From contig JBAXIU010000002.1 of assembly GCA_037138215.1 (NCBI GenBank), forward strand, positions 1 through 55,488: a stretch of DNA of 55,488 nt, given 5' to 3'. Made by a program: the position numbers and the translations under genes. Positions 18,696 to 28,190 of this stretch are shown here, piece after piece. Origin of the DNA: Candidatus Peregrinibacteria bacterium. Lineage in GTDB: Bacteria > Patescibacteriota > Gracilibacteria > CAIRYL01. Within the stretch, counting starts at the first letter, position 1, and every line of letters begins with the position of its first letter. The notes beneath the pieces are model-generated. The model was given only the letters and a program-made list of their open reading frames with translations, had not been told where the DNA came from and did not search any database.

Positions 18696-19186
18696 TTTCC
18701 TTTGGTAAAGTGTCCCCGTACCTCATCGAGGTATTCCGTAAAAAATCTCTGTACTTCCTTTCTTCTCGTGTCGTCAATCTTCATCATCATACGACGAGGG
18801 AGACGAGTTCTTGTTTTGTTCGATTGGTGGTATGCAAAGTAAGAAGCACTATTCCAGAGAGTAAGACTCGTAGAATTCACAAGCCCCGAAAAACTCTTTC
18901 CCATCAATCCCGTTCGTTCCAAAATTCTTTTATTCCCATACTTCTTCAGTTTCGCACTTGCATACGCAGGAGACAGTGGAGCCCATCCTCCAGCAAGTGT
19001 TTTCCCTTCGTCTTGCATGTTTTCTTTCCAAGTTTTAATAAGAAACTCTTGTGCACTCATCAAAGGTTTTGAGAAATTCGAAATTTCCTTCCCAATAAAA
19101 TCAAAAGCCCGTGATACTTGCTGTTCTCCCTCAATAGAAAATGAGAGATTCAAATACTTCCCGTTGCTGGAAGAAGTTCTCGCCAT
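18692..19186 (-). CDS. phage virion morphogenesis (head-tail adaptor) family protein
   Basis: WAPLSPAYASAKLKKYGNKRILERTGLMGKSF...YHQSN...LPRRMMM matches my memory of the virion-morphogenesis family pattern. Confidence 0.65.
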   Translation of the reverse strand: MARTSSSNGKYLNLSFSIEGEQQVSRAFDFIGKEISNFSKPLMSAQEFLIKTWKENMQDEGKTLAGGWAPLSPAYASAKLKKYGNKRILERTGLMGKSFSGLVNSTSLTLWNSASYFAYHQSNKTRTRLPRRMMMKIDDTRRKEVQRFFTEYLDEVRGHFTKGK

Positions 19187-19192
19187 GGTTTT

Positions 19193-19648
19193 TTAAAAAA
19201 CTTGCGCCTTGGTAAACATACGGTCGGTAGAATCAGTAGGATTCCCAGAAATCCCAATATGAGAAGCCTCTTTGAGTCCAAACTCCTCAAGTGAAGCACT
19301 AAAAAGCCGAATATTCCCACTCTGTATTTTTCTCAGCTCTGCCCTCAGCATTCCAATCCGTTTGCCCGATTCGTCTGCCATTGCTATGTCTTGCCCTTTG
19401 TACTGCGAGTATAAAAGGCGAGAAGCCGCAAGATTCGTCCCCAAATCAATGAGGAAATTCTTGGCGGTGGAGTTCGCAAATCCCGCATCGGTAAAAATAC
19501 TCATGGCGTACCGTGACCCCACAGAAGAAATCACTTCCGCCTCTGCCCCGTTTACATGGTGCAAAATATCCGCGTCGGAAAGAAAAGAATTCTCATCGAA
19601 CCCCGCTTCTTTCCGTACTCGTGCCGCATCTAAAAAGAGAAGTGCCAT
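19193..19648 (-). CDS. gp6-like head-tail connector protein
   Basis: 151 aa. The N-terminus LDAARVRKEAGFDENSFLSDADILHHVNGAEAEV is typical of connector/DNA-packaging gp6-like proteins. Confidence 0.6.
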   Translation of the reverse strand: MALLFLDAARVRKEAGFDENSFLSDADILHHVNGAEAEVISSVGSRYAMSIFTDAGFANSTAKNFLIDLGTNLAASRLLYSQYKGQDIAMADESGKRIGMLRAELRKIQSGNIRLFSASLEEFGLKEASHIGISGNPTDSTDRMFTKAQVF

Positions 19649-19651
19649 AAA

Positions 19652-20095
19652 TTATGCAATAAGACCTGCTTCTAAAAGTTCCTCAAGATTTTCTGCAGAA
19701 ACATCGGGAATTTCTTCCCCAATCGAAACTTCAATCCCACCATCTACTTTCAGATGAACAAGTGCGGTATACTTTTTTACACTGATATTTTTCCCGGATT
19801 TCTTTTTTGTGTTTTCTGCAGGAATAATCGGTGCCGTTCCTTCTATAGGAGTAATAACATCTCCATCGGTAGGAGTAGTATCGACTTCTGGAGTTTTTTC
19901 TTCCGTTGTAGAAAGTACTTCTCCGGTCGATTCGGTAGAATTTTCACTTTCAGAAGGAGCCGGAGTTTCGCCAGAAAGTACTTCAATCTCAGCAATGAGA
20001 TCTGCTTTCTTTTTGCCGATGGGATTGTTGCCAGAAAGTTCTTTGTACAATGCACAAAGTTCTTCGTAGGTTACATTTGCGTATTCCGAAGTCAT
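19652..20095 (-). CDS. head-associated protein with N-terminal HeH/SAP-like motif
   Basis: Start MTSEYANVTYEELCALYKELSGNNPIGKKKADLIAEIE is HeH-like, followed by an acidic T/P/E linker. It is preceded by the TTAACCCC-T7 leader motif. Confidence 0.5.
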   Translation of the reverse strand: MTSEYANVTYEELCALYKELSGNNPIGKKKADLIAEIEVLSGETPAPSESENSTESTGEVLSTTEEKTPEVDTTPTDGDVITPIEGTAPIIPAENTKKKSGKNISVKKYTALVHLKVDGGIEVSIGEEIPDVSAENLEELLEAGLIA

Positions 20096-20166
20096 AAAAA
20101 AAGGGGTTAAAGAAAAGAGTAATAACTCATTCCCACCCCTCATTTCTGAGGAGCGGGCGAGAGTCA

Positions 20167-21111
20167 TTATCGAACTCCAGCGATAACATACGCCGTTTTT
20201 GGTTCAATAACCTTCAGATCAAATTCTTCTTTTGCGTAGATGAATTGTCCTTCTGGGTCTTCTTGCATCTGTCCTTCCAAAATCTGTCGAGTAGGCGTTA
20301 CTCGAGGACGGTAGCATTTTCCGAATGAGTAGCTCTTCTCTGTTGGTTCTTGTTCTACATATCCAACGAATACCGAAGAGTTCCAGATAGGAGCAAGAGT
20401 ATCCGCAGCACCTTTTAGTGCAGAGTTATACATCGCGTCTCCTACAATAAGATTTGTAATTCCAAAAATAGCTCCCATCTGAGATGCTAATAATTCATAA
20501 GATACAAAGTCTTTCCCTGGAAATCTTGCAAGAATATCAGGGTGAACAATAAGTTCTTGCAGTGCGAACCATCCAATAGCCATAGTATTTGGTGTGAATC
20601 CGGAATTTGTTTTTATGAGCTGCACCGCGGTTTTTACATCTTTAATAGGATGAGAAGCTCCTGAAGTAGAATCACTCCATTTTGCAGTCCCAGAAAGCGT
20701 GGTATTCTGTGTGATAACAGAAGTGTTGGTCGCTGCATCAGCAATCAATTTTTCTAATCCTACTTGGAATTTTCCGGTCAAGTTCCACGCTGCATCTGTC
20801 TTTGGACGAATTGGAAGATCCGCTTCTTCAATTTCTTTTTTGGTAACCAGCTGTTTCAGTCTGTAGTCCTTAATATCAAAAAACGCCCCAATGGATACTT
20901 GCATACTCACTTCAGGAGAAGGAGCATTAAACGCAATTGGTGTTGTATCAATACGAAGATTCTCAGCTCCGTATGTTGCAATTTGTCCAGTTCGTTTATT
21001 CGTTAAAACGGTAGGGAATATTTTGTCGCCGATGAATTTAAATCCGTTATGATTATACCCGAGGGATTGGTCGGTAAGCAGAGGTGAGACTCTGAGCGAG
21101 GTAGGTAACAT
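20167..21111 (-). CDS. major capsid protein (lambda gpE-like family)
   Basis: 314 aa. The segment GTAKWSDSTSGASHPIKDVKTAVQLIKTNSGFTPNTMAIGWFALQELIVHPDI resembles the gpE-type family. It follows a DUF2190-like decoration gene. Confidence 0.75.
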   Translation of the reverse strand: MLPTSLRVSPLLTDQSLGYNHNGFKFIGDKIFPTVLTNKRTGQIATYGAENLRIDTTPIAFNAPSPEVSMQVSIGAFFDIKDYRLKQLVTKKEIEEADLPIRPKTDAAWNLTGKFQVGLEKLIADAATNTSVITQNTTLSGTAKWSDSTSGASHPIKDVKTAVQLIKTNSGFTPNTMAIGWFALQELIVHPDILARFPGKDFVSYELLASQMGAIFGITNLIVGDAMYNSALKGAADTLAPIWNSSVFVGYVEQEPTEKSYSFGKCYRPRVTPTRQILEGQMQEDPEGQFIYAKEEFDLKVIEPKTAYVIAGVR

Positions 21112-21136
21112 AGATTTTTAGTGAAGGAATGAAAAA

Positions 21137-21502
21137 TTAGATCTTGAAGTTTGTGAGAAATACTTTTATGTATTGCCCAGCCGTAGTAGCCGCAGTAAGA
21201 GCAATACCGCGTACAGTATTAGCAGCTGTTACGGTAGTAATTGCTTTCCCTGCTGTTGTAGCCGTTACTTTGTCTCCAATGGCAATAGCAGCAGAAGCCT
21301 CAACTTCAGCACATCCTTCGTGTTGAAGTGCAACAGGACTTCCACTCGTAGCGGACTCAAGTGTCACTCCAAGAATAATATCGGTGCCGGCAGTAGCGTG
21401 AATTCCAGATTCCGCTCCGGTCCCGAGCTTCACAAATCGTGCTTTCACAACATCTGCTTCGGTTTTTACGGAGAATACTGGTTCTTTAGAAATGGTACTC
21501 AT
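21137..21502 (-). CDS. head decoration / DUF2190-like protein
   Basis: 121 aa, G/A/T-rich (ARFVKLGTGA...GDKVTATTAGKAITT...GIALTAATTAGQYIKV). Confidence 0.6.
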   Translation of the reverse strand: MSTISKEPVFSVKTEADVVKARFVKLGTGAESGIHATAGTDIILGVTLESATSGSPVALQHEGCAEVEASAAIAIGDKVTATTAGKAITTVTAANTVRGIALTAATTAGQYIKVFLTNFKI

Positions 21503-21531
21503 AGGTTTTTTGGTAAGGGAATAAAAAAGTT

Positions 21532-22683
21532 TTACAAAGTCTTTGCCATGTCAGGCTGTGCTTTATAAAAAGCCTCCTGAAGAGTGGTAATAGACGCCGA
21601 TGGGTTTTTGGAAAGGAACTCCGTCTTAAAAGCAGCGTATGCACTGTCGGAATCAACCCCATCTCCTTTGGATGATCCCATTTCAGAGAGATTGATTCCG
21701 GGCAAAGCCTCCCAAGATGCAAAAACCGCATCAGACTGAGCCAGAGAAAGAGACATCAAAAGCGAAACATTCTTCTCAATGTCTTTGGGAAGTACCTTCC
21801 CAACCTTTGAGAGTTCGGTAACGCGTGCCACCTCTGACTTTTTTCGAGCATCAAGTTCCATTGCCTCCATTCTCTTCTTCGTTTCTGCCAATTCTGCTCG
21901 TGCCTGAGAAAGTTCTAATGCAGTAGCGAAATCTTTAGAAGCATCCGTAGGAGCTGGAACAACTGGAGTAGTCGGTGCAGGAGGTGTTGATTCCTCAATT
22001 TTTGCCTCTACTTCAGCAACCTGAGTTTCAATTTCTGCTTTTTCATCATCTGAAAGACACGCACACGCGGTCTTTAACAATGAGAATTCCGAAGCAGTAA
22101 CGGACTTCTTCCCAGCAAGGGAAGCAAGAAGTGTTTTAAGAACTTCCATGGGAAAAGGGGTAATAGAATTGGAAAATTTGGTTGGCTTATCAGCACCACT
22201 CGCTTCTACGGCTTTCATGCCGGATACAAAGGGAATGTTGGTGAGCGCCGCACCGGTCAACACATTGTTGTATTGCTTTTTTGTTTCGTCGTCTTCCCAC
22301 ACCCAAGATATTTCGGCAGAAATATATCTCCATTCTCCGTCTCTAATAGATTCCCTTGCTTTTGGTGTCCAATTCACAAGACCCCAAAGAGAATCCTCTC
22401 GAATCTCGAGTTCTGTAATCCATCCCGCAGCTTCTTCGCACCGCTCATGTCCGTAGTTCAATTGCAATTCGTTTATAGATTGTCTCAAAACATTTTTCTT
22501 GAAGTTCTTTACAAAATCATCAAGGTGCATTTTGGTAACGAGAAACTGTTTATAACTTTCACTCCAATCTCCTACGCGGATAATCTCCGTCCAAAATGGT
22601 GCATCTCCTTCAGAGAGTTCAATTTTTCTCTTATTACTGAGGTATGCAGTATTTTTCGGTGGTGTAATCGTTTTCTTATTCAT
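21532..22683 (-). CDS. Mu gpI-like prohead protease / scaffold
   Basis: Start MNKKTITPP. The N-terminal region GDAPFWTEIIRVGDW...LQLNYGHER...AAGWITELEIRED resembles the Mu I protease. The C-terminal half is an acidic coiled coil, like a scaffold. Confidence 0.65.
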   Translation of the reverse strand: MNKKTITPPKNTAYLSNKRKIELSEGDAPFWTEIIRVGDWSESYKQFLVTKMHLDDFVKNFKKNVLRQSINELQLNYGHERCEEAAGWITELEIREDSLWGLVNWTPKARESIRDGEWRYISAEISWVWEDDETKKQYNNVLTGAALTNIPFVSGMKAVEASGADKPTKFSNSITPFPMEVLKTLLASLAGKKSVTASEFSLLKTACACLSDDEKAEIETQVAEVEAKIEESTPPAPTTPVVPAPTDASKDFATALELSQARAELAETKKRMEAMELDARKKSEVARVTELSKVGKVLPKDIEKNVSLLMSLSLAQSDAVFASWEALPGINLSEMGSSKGDGVDSDSAYAAFKTEFLSKNPSASITTLQEAFYKAQPDMAKTL

Positions 22684-22697
22684 GGGTAAAAAATAAA

Positions 22698-24842
22698 TTA
22701 TTTTTTGGTAATTTTCGCAGCAGGAGAATCCGGAGAAACGGGCATTGCTGTCTTCGGTTGTAAATATGGCCATGGTTTCCCTTTATACAGATCCTTTATT
22801 TCTTTTGGGACTCCGGTCTCTGCTGGCTTTCCTACTTCACTCCGTAAAATAGCCACCAACCGAGACCGGCAACGATAATGGAGTGGTGGTTTTGGAAGAT
22901 CTGCAGCATCCTTCGATACTCGACCGTCCAACGACGCACAAAGAGGAGAAGTCCTTGCATCTAAAATTGCCGAATATTCCCAGCCCCATATTTCGGACTG
23001 AAAATTTTCGTACACCGTTCCAATCCCTTGGTTTACTCCACCCGTTACAAGAATTGGCACCAGATTCTCAATTTGCATCACTGCCCGTGCATCCATTGCT
23101 TTCTTGGCAATCGCAATAGCACCCGCACTTTCCCCCGCACGGATTGCATTTTGAGTATTCAAAACTGCCTCATTCTTAACATCCTCAGCGTGTTTTTCTG
23201 CCAAAGCGTACGAATGGTCTTTGATAAAATTCTTGTCTGCCTCCGGTGTGGGGATCCGCCCACTCTTCCCCATTTCTCGTATTGCCTCAGTTTTCCCAAA
23301 CTCATACGAAGCCATGTACGCCTTCTCAATTTCCATTTGCATGGCATAAATCTCTTGCGTCAAAACCGTAACGGGGACGGTCACACTTCCACCGTTTGCA
23401 ATCTGTCCGGAAAGATAATCCGCAATGCGATTCTTCATGACTTCGGAATGGGTCTCCAAAATCTTCTGAACTTCTTTTTCGTGTGCATCAAAAAATTTCT
23501 GGAGTTTCGTCCAATCCACCTTGTCCTCTGCGAGTGTAAGAGACCTTTTGGAAAGAAATGTTCCGTGAGAGTGTCCATCATGCGACGCATCTGCCCCGTC
23601 TTCTTCTTTTTGTCCTGCTGGCTCTGGCAAAGGCGTTGCTTCTTCCGATTTTTCCGGCAGTTTCATCATTCCTCGAATCATGTTTTCTGTCGTATCGTCG
23701 GCCGTCAACATTCCCGCATCGGCAAGAGTCTTAATAATTTGCGAAAGTTTTTCCATCTTGTTTCTCCCAATATCGGAAACCGTCAAAGTGGGGTATTTTT
23801 CAACCCCATCAAAATTCAGATCTACAATTTCCCTCACCAATTCTCTTTGCACAGCCTCCGCAATATATTCCGCCGTCGCTTGAGCCGACATAAACGCCAA
23901 ATCCTGCTGAGAGTCGTTCTGGGCATTCCCTCCTTTCTCAATTCCAATACTCAAAAACTGCATCAATGCCGATTTCTCAATTTGCCGGTCGTGGTGGTTT
24001 ATTCCGGGCTCAAAATCAAACTCTCCACCACCCACTGTTTTAAACGAGAATTCAACGCCTCCTTTTTCTAAAATATACGCCTCCTCACTGCTTCTAATGT
24101 TCTTCAGCGTCAAAATTGTATCTGCCTCCTCTTCCTCACTTGGCATTTTTCCTTCTGGAAACTTTGCGGCCGGTATTCCCGTTCCACTTCTCTCCGCTCC
24201 AATTGCTTGGATTTTGTAGAAATTCTCTTTGTACACCCAGTGCTTGTATGCCGCCCTCAAAATCGAAACTCCTTCGTAGTTGTCTCCTTCTTGGTGTAAC
24301 GCCAAGTGAAAAATCTTCCATGCTGGTATTTCCAACTGCTGCATCATACCATCTTTCATGGCGTACTGTGTTATTCCAGCACTTCCATCTTTCAACTGCC
24401 ACCTCAAAATACTTTTTGGCAATCTTGGTGCCAATTTTGAGTACATCAATTCCGTACCCATCACTTCATAACACTTCTCAAAATTCATAAACCCAAAATC
24501 CAGCATCAAAAGAGAGTGTCTCAAAAAATCACGCCATACCAATTTCTCAAAAAACTGGCGTTCGCAGAATTCCGCAATCTGTATGTCTTTCTCGTCTTCA
24601 CTCGCGGGTACAAAACTCCACTTTGCCCCCAGTATCGGTCCTTTACACGCCGAAATCACTCCCGCTACCGTTCCATCTCCCTTCCTCATTTTATCGTACA
24701 CGGAGATACAGTTCGGGAAAGTGAGTTCTGGATTGTAGTCTTCGTTAATAAACCCCGCATACTTCGTAGTTCCAGATCCTCCTAATTCCATTGTCAATTC
24801 TTTCGTCTTTGCCGGCAAAATGCTTTCGTCTGTAGTAAGCAA
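22698..24842 (-). CDS. portal protein (Mu gp29/DUF935-like) fused to a MuF/SPP1 gp7-like minor head domain
   Basis: 714 aa. The N-terminus resembles a portal (YDKMRKGDGTVAGVISACKGPILGAKWSFVP). The C-terminus ILDARTSPLCASLDGRV...PPLHYRCRSRLV carries the MuF motif. The start is TTG 24842 or ATG 24791. Confidence 0.7.
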   Translation of the reverse strand: MLTTDESILPAKTKELTMELGGSGTTKYAGFINEDYNPELTFPNCISVYDKMRKGDGTVAGVISACKGPILGAKWSFVPASEDEKDIQIAEFCERQFFEKLVWRDFLRHSLLMLDFGFMNFEKCYEVMGTELMYSKLAPRLPKSILRWQLKDGSAGITQYAMKDGMMQQLEIPAWKIFHLALHQEGDNYEGVSILRAAYKHWVYKENFYKIQAIGAERSGTGIPAAKFPEGKMPSEEEEADTILTLKNIRSSEEAYILEKGGVEFSFKTVGGGEFDFEPGINHHDRQIEKSALMQFLSIGIEKGGNAQNDSQQDLAFMSAQATAEYIAEAVQRELVREIVDLNFDGVEKYPTLTVSDIGRNKMEKLSQIIKTLADAGMLTADDTTENMIRGMMKLPEKSEEATPLPEPAGQKEEDGADASHDGHSHGTFLSKRSLTLAEDKVDWTKLQKFFDAHEKEVQKILETHSEVMKNRIADYLSGQIANGGSVTVPVTVLTQEIYAMQMEIEKAYMASYEFGKTEAIREMGKSGRIPTPEADKNFIKDHSYALAEKHAEDVKNEAVLNTQNAIRAGESAGAIAIAKKAMDARAVMQIENLVPILVTGGVNQGIGTVYENFQSEIWGWEYSAILDARTSPLCASLDGRVSKDAADLPKPPLHYRCRSRLVAILRSEVGKPAETGVPKEIKDLYKGKPWPYLQPKTAMPVSPDSPAAKITKK

Positions 24843-24897
24843 GGGAGTAAGTTAATCGCTCCCCGTATTGTCAAGCGGTAAACCATAAAACGGAATG

Positions 24898-24916
24898 CCA
24901 AAAGGTGTACACTTTC
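24898..24916 (-). promoter_or_regulatory. copy B of conserved 19-mer
   Basis: CCAAAAGGTGTACACTTTC on the + strand, in the TerL-portal intergenic region. Confidence 0.6.
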
Positions 24917-24921
24917 AAAGG

Positions 24922-26268
24922 TTAAAAAGTGCGATTACGAAGCCCAGCCGTAACCATCCCACTCGTATTTTCCCGGTCTTTATCTTTCGGTCTTTCGTAC
25001 TTTGCATTCCATACCGAAAGACCGATTTTCATCATGCAAACATAGCGTGCCGCGTCAATACAATGATTAAACGCATCAATGGGCTCATTGATAGTATTTC
25101 CCTCTTTGTCAGTCTTCCATTTGTACCGCTGAAACTCTTTCCGAAGATTTATTGACCGTGCCGTTACATGAATCGGTTTCTGCTTCATCACCGAAATACC
25201 GTAATTTATAGAATCCGCGCCTTTCCGTACCGCGTGCACATTCCACCCCATCCGAAAGAGTTCCTCAATACTTTTCGGCTCCGCAGAATCTGCAATAATT
25301 TCTGCAGACCGAGAAACAAATTTTTCTTTCATTTTTTCAGCAATATCTGAGTTCGTCAGACCGTACTCGTAAAACACCTCGTCCAAAAATATTCCATCAC
25401 TATTCATGGCGACACGAATAAACGGACTCGGGTCATTCGTAAATCCAAAATCGAGCCCATACCCCAAAAGTTTTGCGTTCTCCGGCATCTCATCCACCAC
25501 CGTAATATTTTGGAATACCAACCCCGTAATTTTCCCATAGTTCCCATTCCCAAAAACTTCCCAGAGTTGCTTGTCTACTTTTTGGAGGTATTCAATCTCC
25601 TCCACTTCCGTATCCGAAAGAAACGGATTGTCTCGGTATGTCGAAACAATCACATCCACATCGCCCTTCTCAACGGCACGCTTCATCTCGAGTTCTTTGT
25701 TGATCCACACTTGCTCATCGTCAGGATTAAAATCGATGATCACTTTGTATTTTGTTCGAAAATTGAGTTGGTGAAACTCATTGTAAGTAATCTCATTCGC
25801 CTCATTCGGGTAGAGTATATCTTGCTTCATTCCTCTCGCTTTTTGGATGTCATCGATACCGGAAAAAATAATCTTCCGTGCTCCGTACTCAATAATTCGG
25901 TCCGACTTGTTGTGATGCACTCGACTATAAAGACTTTCCCCATTTGTGTTTTCTATATCCACTGGCGTAGAAGTAAGAACGGATAAAATATCAGCCATTA
26001 CTGTACCTTTCAGAGTTGCCCCATACTTCCGAATTATACGAAAAACACCGCTCTCCATAGGAGCCTCTCCTTCCATCCATTCCCCAGTAAAAAGCCAATT
26101 TACTGCATACTGAGAAATAGAATATGTTTTTCCAGACCTTGTTCCTCCACGGTTTATAGTAATTCGTTTTTTGCTTTTATAGTTTTTGATATAGACGGGA
26201 GTGACCTCCATTACTGGAATAAAGCCGTCAATCTTCTGTACTTTTCGTGGTCTTCCTCGTGGCTTCAT
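24922..26268 (-). CDS. terminase large subunit
   Basis: Walker A motif NRGGTRSGKTYS, with a C-terminal nuclease-like region containing IDAFNHCIDAARY. An alternative start at 26211 (MEVTPVY) avoids the overlap with TerS. Confidence 0.85.
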   Translation of the reverse strand: MKPRGRPRKVQKIDGFIPVMEVTPVYIKNYKSKKRITINRGGTRSGKTYSISQYAVNWLFTGEWMEGEAPMESGVFRIIRKYGATLKGTVMADILSVLTSTPVDIENTNGESLYSRVHHNKSDRIIEYGARKIIFSGIDDIQKARGMKQDILYPNEANEITYNEFHQLNFRTKYKVIIDFNPDDEQVWINKELEMKRAVEKGDVDVIVSTYRDNPFLSDTEVEEIEYLQKVDKQLWEVFGNGNYGKITGLVFQNITVVDEMPENAKLLGYGLDFGFTNDPSPFIRVAMNSDGIFLDEVFYEYGLTNSDIAEKMKEKFVSRSAEIIADSAEPKSIEELFRMGWNVHAVRKGADSINYGISVMKQKPIHVTARSINLRKEFQRYKWKTDKEGNTINEPIDAFNHCIDAARYVCMMKIGLSVWNAKYERPKDKDRENTSGMVTAGLRNRTF

Positions 26269-26641
26269 TGGATTTTGGCGAAATAATTTTCAGTGCAATG
26301 GCGGTAATAGGCTTTCCTTCAGTAGTCATATCCATCTCTTTTTTCTCCACATACCCCCGTTTTTTTCCTTTTGTTTTGAGATAAAAAATAATACTCGTCG
26401 TGTCTCCATCACGGATTTTTTTCAGAAGTGCGCTCTCCGCAAAATCCACTTCTCTTTCCGTAATTTCCTCCACTTGTTTCCTAAAATTTTCGTCATCCTC
26501 CATCCACTTGTAATAAATTTTTCTCTTCTCATTCACCATTTCACACGCAGTGGTAACAATCCCCATGGTGCTGGTAAGAGCTTTTATCATGAGCTCTTTC
26601 CGTTTTTTTACGCCTAACTCTGTTCGGATTTTTCTGGGCAT
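26228..26641 (-). CDS. terminase small subunit
   Basis: Start MPRKIRTELG, with HTH-like KALTSTMGIVTTACEMVNEKRKIYYKWM and the conserved tail DTTSIIFYLKTKGKKRGY. Confidence 0.75.
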   Translation of the reverse strand: MPRKIRTELGVKKRKELMIKALTSTMGIVTTACEMVNEKRKIYYKWMEDDENFRKQVEEITEREVDFAESALLKKIRDGDTTSIIFYLKTKGKKRGYVEKKEMDMTTEGKPITAIALKIISPKSNEATRKTTKSTED

Positions 26642-26646
26642 ATTTT

Positions 26647-27876
26647 TTAAGAAATCTTCTCCGCCTTTTTTCCCGTAAACTTTTCCCACCGTGAAATAAT
26701 CCGATGGCAATATTTCTGATCCATTTCCATTACTCTAGATTTGCGGCCCGATTGTTCACACGCCATCAAAGTGGATCCACTCCCGCCAAAGAGATCAAGA
26801 ACAATAAACCCTTTCTCTGAATGTTTCAAAAGAGCTCGTTCTGCAAGTCTCACGGGTTTTTGTGTGGGGTGAATATATTCCGAAGTAATATCTCGTTTTT
26901 CATACCAAACATCCATTGCGTCTTGATATTCTCCAGCAGTTACAAACGCATCTTTCAAGTTCCTTGGAAACTCCCGGGAAAAATGTTTCTTCCCTTTTTT
27001 CCATCCCAAAAGGCAAGGCTCGTAGCAATGGTGGTAGTCCTGAGACTTCGCCAAAACCATAGACTCTTTCAACCAAATAAGCGTCTGAGAAATTTTCCAT
27101 CCCGTTTTTTGGAATGCTTGAAAAGAATTGTGGTGCTGCGAGTGTGCAAACCACCAATACAAAACGGCAGAATCTTCCGATACCTCGTAAATATTTTTGA
27201 GAACGGAAGTATAAAACTCAACGCACTCCGCATCGCTTTTGTCATCGTTTAAAATTGTTCCGTTCGCGGACGCGTATTTTCCGGTGTTGTAACTCGCACC
27301 GTCTGGAGAATGGTAGTCGACATTGTACGGAGGGTCTGTAAATACCAGCTGTGATTTTTCTTCTCCCATAAGCCGCAAAACATCCTCTCGAGAAGTGCTA
27401 TCCCCGCACATCAATCGGTGCTCACCGAGTTTATAAATATCTCCGCACTGCACCGATACTTTTCCGTTTTCGTCTCTCGTAAAATCATCCTCCGAAAGCA
27501 CTAAATCCATTTCAGGGAACTCTACTTCAAGCCCCCAATCACCAAGAACTTTCTCATCAAAAAATTCTTGCAATAAAACTAAGTCAAACTCTCCTCCGTT
27601 CGCGTTTAACCGAATATTCAACTCTTTTTCATCCTCTTCCGACAATTCAACAAAAAAAACGGGAACTGTTTTATTCCCCATCTCTTCCCATACTTTTACC
27701 CGTTGGTGTCCACCAATGATAATATTCAATCCGTCTTTGGAGTTCACCACAATTGGATCCACAAAGCCAAACTTCTCAAGGCTCTTTTTTAAATGCTCCT
27801 TCTGCAGGAGTGAAATTTTCCGCGGATTGTATTTTGCTGGAGATAAAGCCGATATTAAGATTTCTTGAATTTCCAT
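26647..27876 (-). CDS. ParB-like nuclease domain fused to a DNA methyltransferase (DPPY type)
   Basis: The N-terminal ParB-N signature is IIGGHQRV. Methylase motif IV is FTDPPYNVDY. Motif I (VLDLFGGSGSTLMAC) lies at the C-terminus, giving a beta-class motif order. Confidence 0.85.
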   Translation of the reverse strand: MEIQEILISALSPAKYNPRKISLLQKEHLKKSLEKFGFVDPIVVNSKDGLNIIIGGHQRVKVWEEMGNKTVPVFFVELSEEDEKELNIRLNANGGEFDLVLLQEFFDEKVLGDWGLEVEFPEMDLVLSEDDFTRDENGKVSVQCGDIYKLGEHRLMCGDSTSREDVLRLMGEEKSQLVFTDPPYNVDYHSPDGASYNTGKYASANGTILNDDKSDAECVEFYTSVLKNIYEVSEDSAVLYWWFAHSQHHNSFQAFQKTGWKISQTLIWLKESMVLAKSQDYHHCYEPCLLGWKKGKKHFSREFPRNLKDAFVTAGEYQDAMDVWYEKRDITSEYIHPTQKPVRLAERALLKHSEKGFIVLDLFGGSGSTLMACEQSGRKSRVMEMDQKYCHRIISRWEKFTGKKAEKIS

Positions 27877-27916
27877 ATTCTTTAGTTTTGAGGATTTTTT
27901 AGAAATAAAACAGGTG

Positions 27917-27933
27917 AAAAGGTGTACACTTTC
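27917..27933 (-). promoter_or_regulatory. copy A of conserved motif (17/19 match)
   Basis: AAAAGGTGTACACTTTC on the + strand. It abuts the stop codon of the HTH gene and lies about 40 nt upstream of ATG 27876. Confidence 0.55.
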
Positions 27934-28154
27934 TATTTTTTTCGTATTTTTTCATGGTTTATTGCAATAAAAAAATAAAATAAACGGTTTATTTGGGAAC
28001 AAATACGCTTAACGGAACTCAAAGAAAGACTGCTATCCATGGCAACCTTTTTCTGGGGGAACCCTTTAAAAAGCATGATAGCTATCCTTTTTTCAACCGG
28101 TCTTAAAAGTCCAGAATTTATAAAATCTTGATCAAATGCGTATCGTTTTTTCAT
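27933..28154 (-). CDS. small LuxR / sigma-70 region-4-like HTH regulator (candidate late-gene regulator)
   Basis: 73 aa. EKRIAIMLFKGFPQKKVAMDSSLSLSSVKRICSQI fits the region 4.2/LuxR HTH pattern. Confidence 0.55.
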   Translation of the reverse strand: MKKRYAFDQDFINSGLLRPVEKRIAIMLFKGFPQKKVAMDSSLSLSSVKRICSQINRLFYFFIAINHEKIRKK

Positions 28155-28190
28155 AGGTTTAGAAGTAAAAAATAATCCCTCAAAAAATCA

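Noticed and set aside
23028-24071. 347-aa + strand ORF
   Set aside because: It lies entirely antisense to the portal-MuF gene, which has clear motifs. Its sequence is low-complexity, rich in F, L, R, C and H, with no motif.
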